From: Neoconidiobolus thromboides FSU 785
Lineage: Eukaryota > Fungi > Entomophthoromycota
Assembly: GCA_025603075.1 (NCBI GenBank)
Contig: MU626368.1
Span: 10,343 to 74,342 of the forward strand
Length of the DNA: 64,000 nucleotides
Reading direction: 5' to 3'
Shown: one piece after another, positions 63,498 through 64,000 of the stretch
Position numbering within the stretch: the stretch's first letter is position 1
Layout: every line of letters begins with the position of its first letter
The notes under the pieces: generated by a model
The model's input: only the letters and a program-made list of their open reading frames with translations
What the model was told of the DNA's origin: nothing
The model's database searches: none
Program-made: the position numbers and the translations under genes

Positions 63498-64000
63498 ATG
63501 AAACTAGGTTTTTTATTTCCAATTCTATTTCAACTAATTTCAGTCTCATGCAACAAACAACCAGCTTTTGATTTACCTACTTCCGGTAATTTAAAAATAG
63601 CTTTGCACTCAGGCTTTGGTGGTCGTTCTCACATAAAACCAATATTAGAAATTGGTCAAGTTTTGCATAAAAGAGGACATGAGGTGACTTATATAGCTTT
63701 AGAAGACAACATGCCCTTTATGAGTGGGTATACTTTTAACAATTATACACTTGGCCCAGCTATGATGACTTCAGAAGAGATACGAGATATCATGAGCTTA
63801 AATTTATCAAATAAGAAAAGAGAGTTTGATCCAATGCGAAGGATCAGTACTTCATTGATACCTGTGGTGGAAAGATCTTATTCAACATTGTACCAACCAT
63901 TGATCAAGTATTTAAAAGAACATAAGCCGGATATGATAGTATGTGATTTTGCATCTCACCCTTGTTTAGATGCTTCAAGGAGCTTAGGTATTCCATTGAT
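63498..64000 (+). CDS. UDP-glycosyltransferase (GT1) with signal peptide, truncated by window end
   Basis: Not in ORF track (no stop in window). MKLGFLFPILFQLISVSC…GFGGRSHIKPILEIGQVLHKRGHEVTY…KPDMIVCDFASHPCLDASRSLGIP: classic GT1 N-domain motifs. Confidence 0.88.
   Translation, partial: MKLGFLFPILFQLISVSCNKQPAFDLPTSGNLKIALHSGFGGRSHIKPILEIGQVLHKRGHEVTYIALEDNMPFMSGYTFNNYTLGPAMMTSEEIRDIMSLNLSNKKREFDPMRRISTSLIPVVERSYSTLYQPLIKYLKEHKPDMIVCDFASHPCLDASRSLGIPL

Overview
Very AT-rich, intron-rich eukaryotic nuclear DNA (short GT-AG introns, standard code) from an early-diverging fungus. Composition and gene content are consistent with an entomophthoralean such as Conidiobolus/Neoconidiobolus, but this is inference only. 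About 28 protein-coding genes can be reconstructed, several missed or fragmented by the ORF track (G-protein gamma, TRAPPC2L, HSP10, eIF4B, G6P-epimerase, UGT). Most are housekeeping genes: HIS7, PEF1, NDUFA12, SCAMP, AMS1, an ENT transporter, HEM14, DUF1349, SRAP/HMCES, PP1, COQ11, H2A, RPA43, a CARM1-like methyltransferase and a Kv-type channel. Three gene-poor tracts (about 9-16 kb, 19.4-21.3 kb and 57.3-63.5 kb) hold at least 9 copies of a ~100-bp TIR-bounded miniature element, plus decayed coding relics, one or two possibly Tc1-like. The right end (54.9-64 kb) is an intronless accessory block: a repeat-bearing CAP protein, a subtilisin, a head-to-head pair of distant orphan paralogues and a signal-peptide UGT. 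The most intriguing candidates are an isolated 66-aa microprotein with a PKI-like RRRNGLH pseudosubstrate motif, the miniature element family, the orphan paralogue pair and a 441-aa intronless orphan with cell-cycle-like motifs. No rRNA, tRNA or CRISPR array could be supported.
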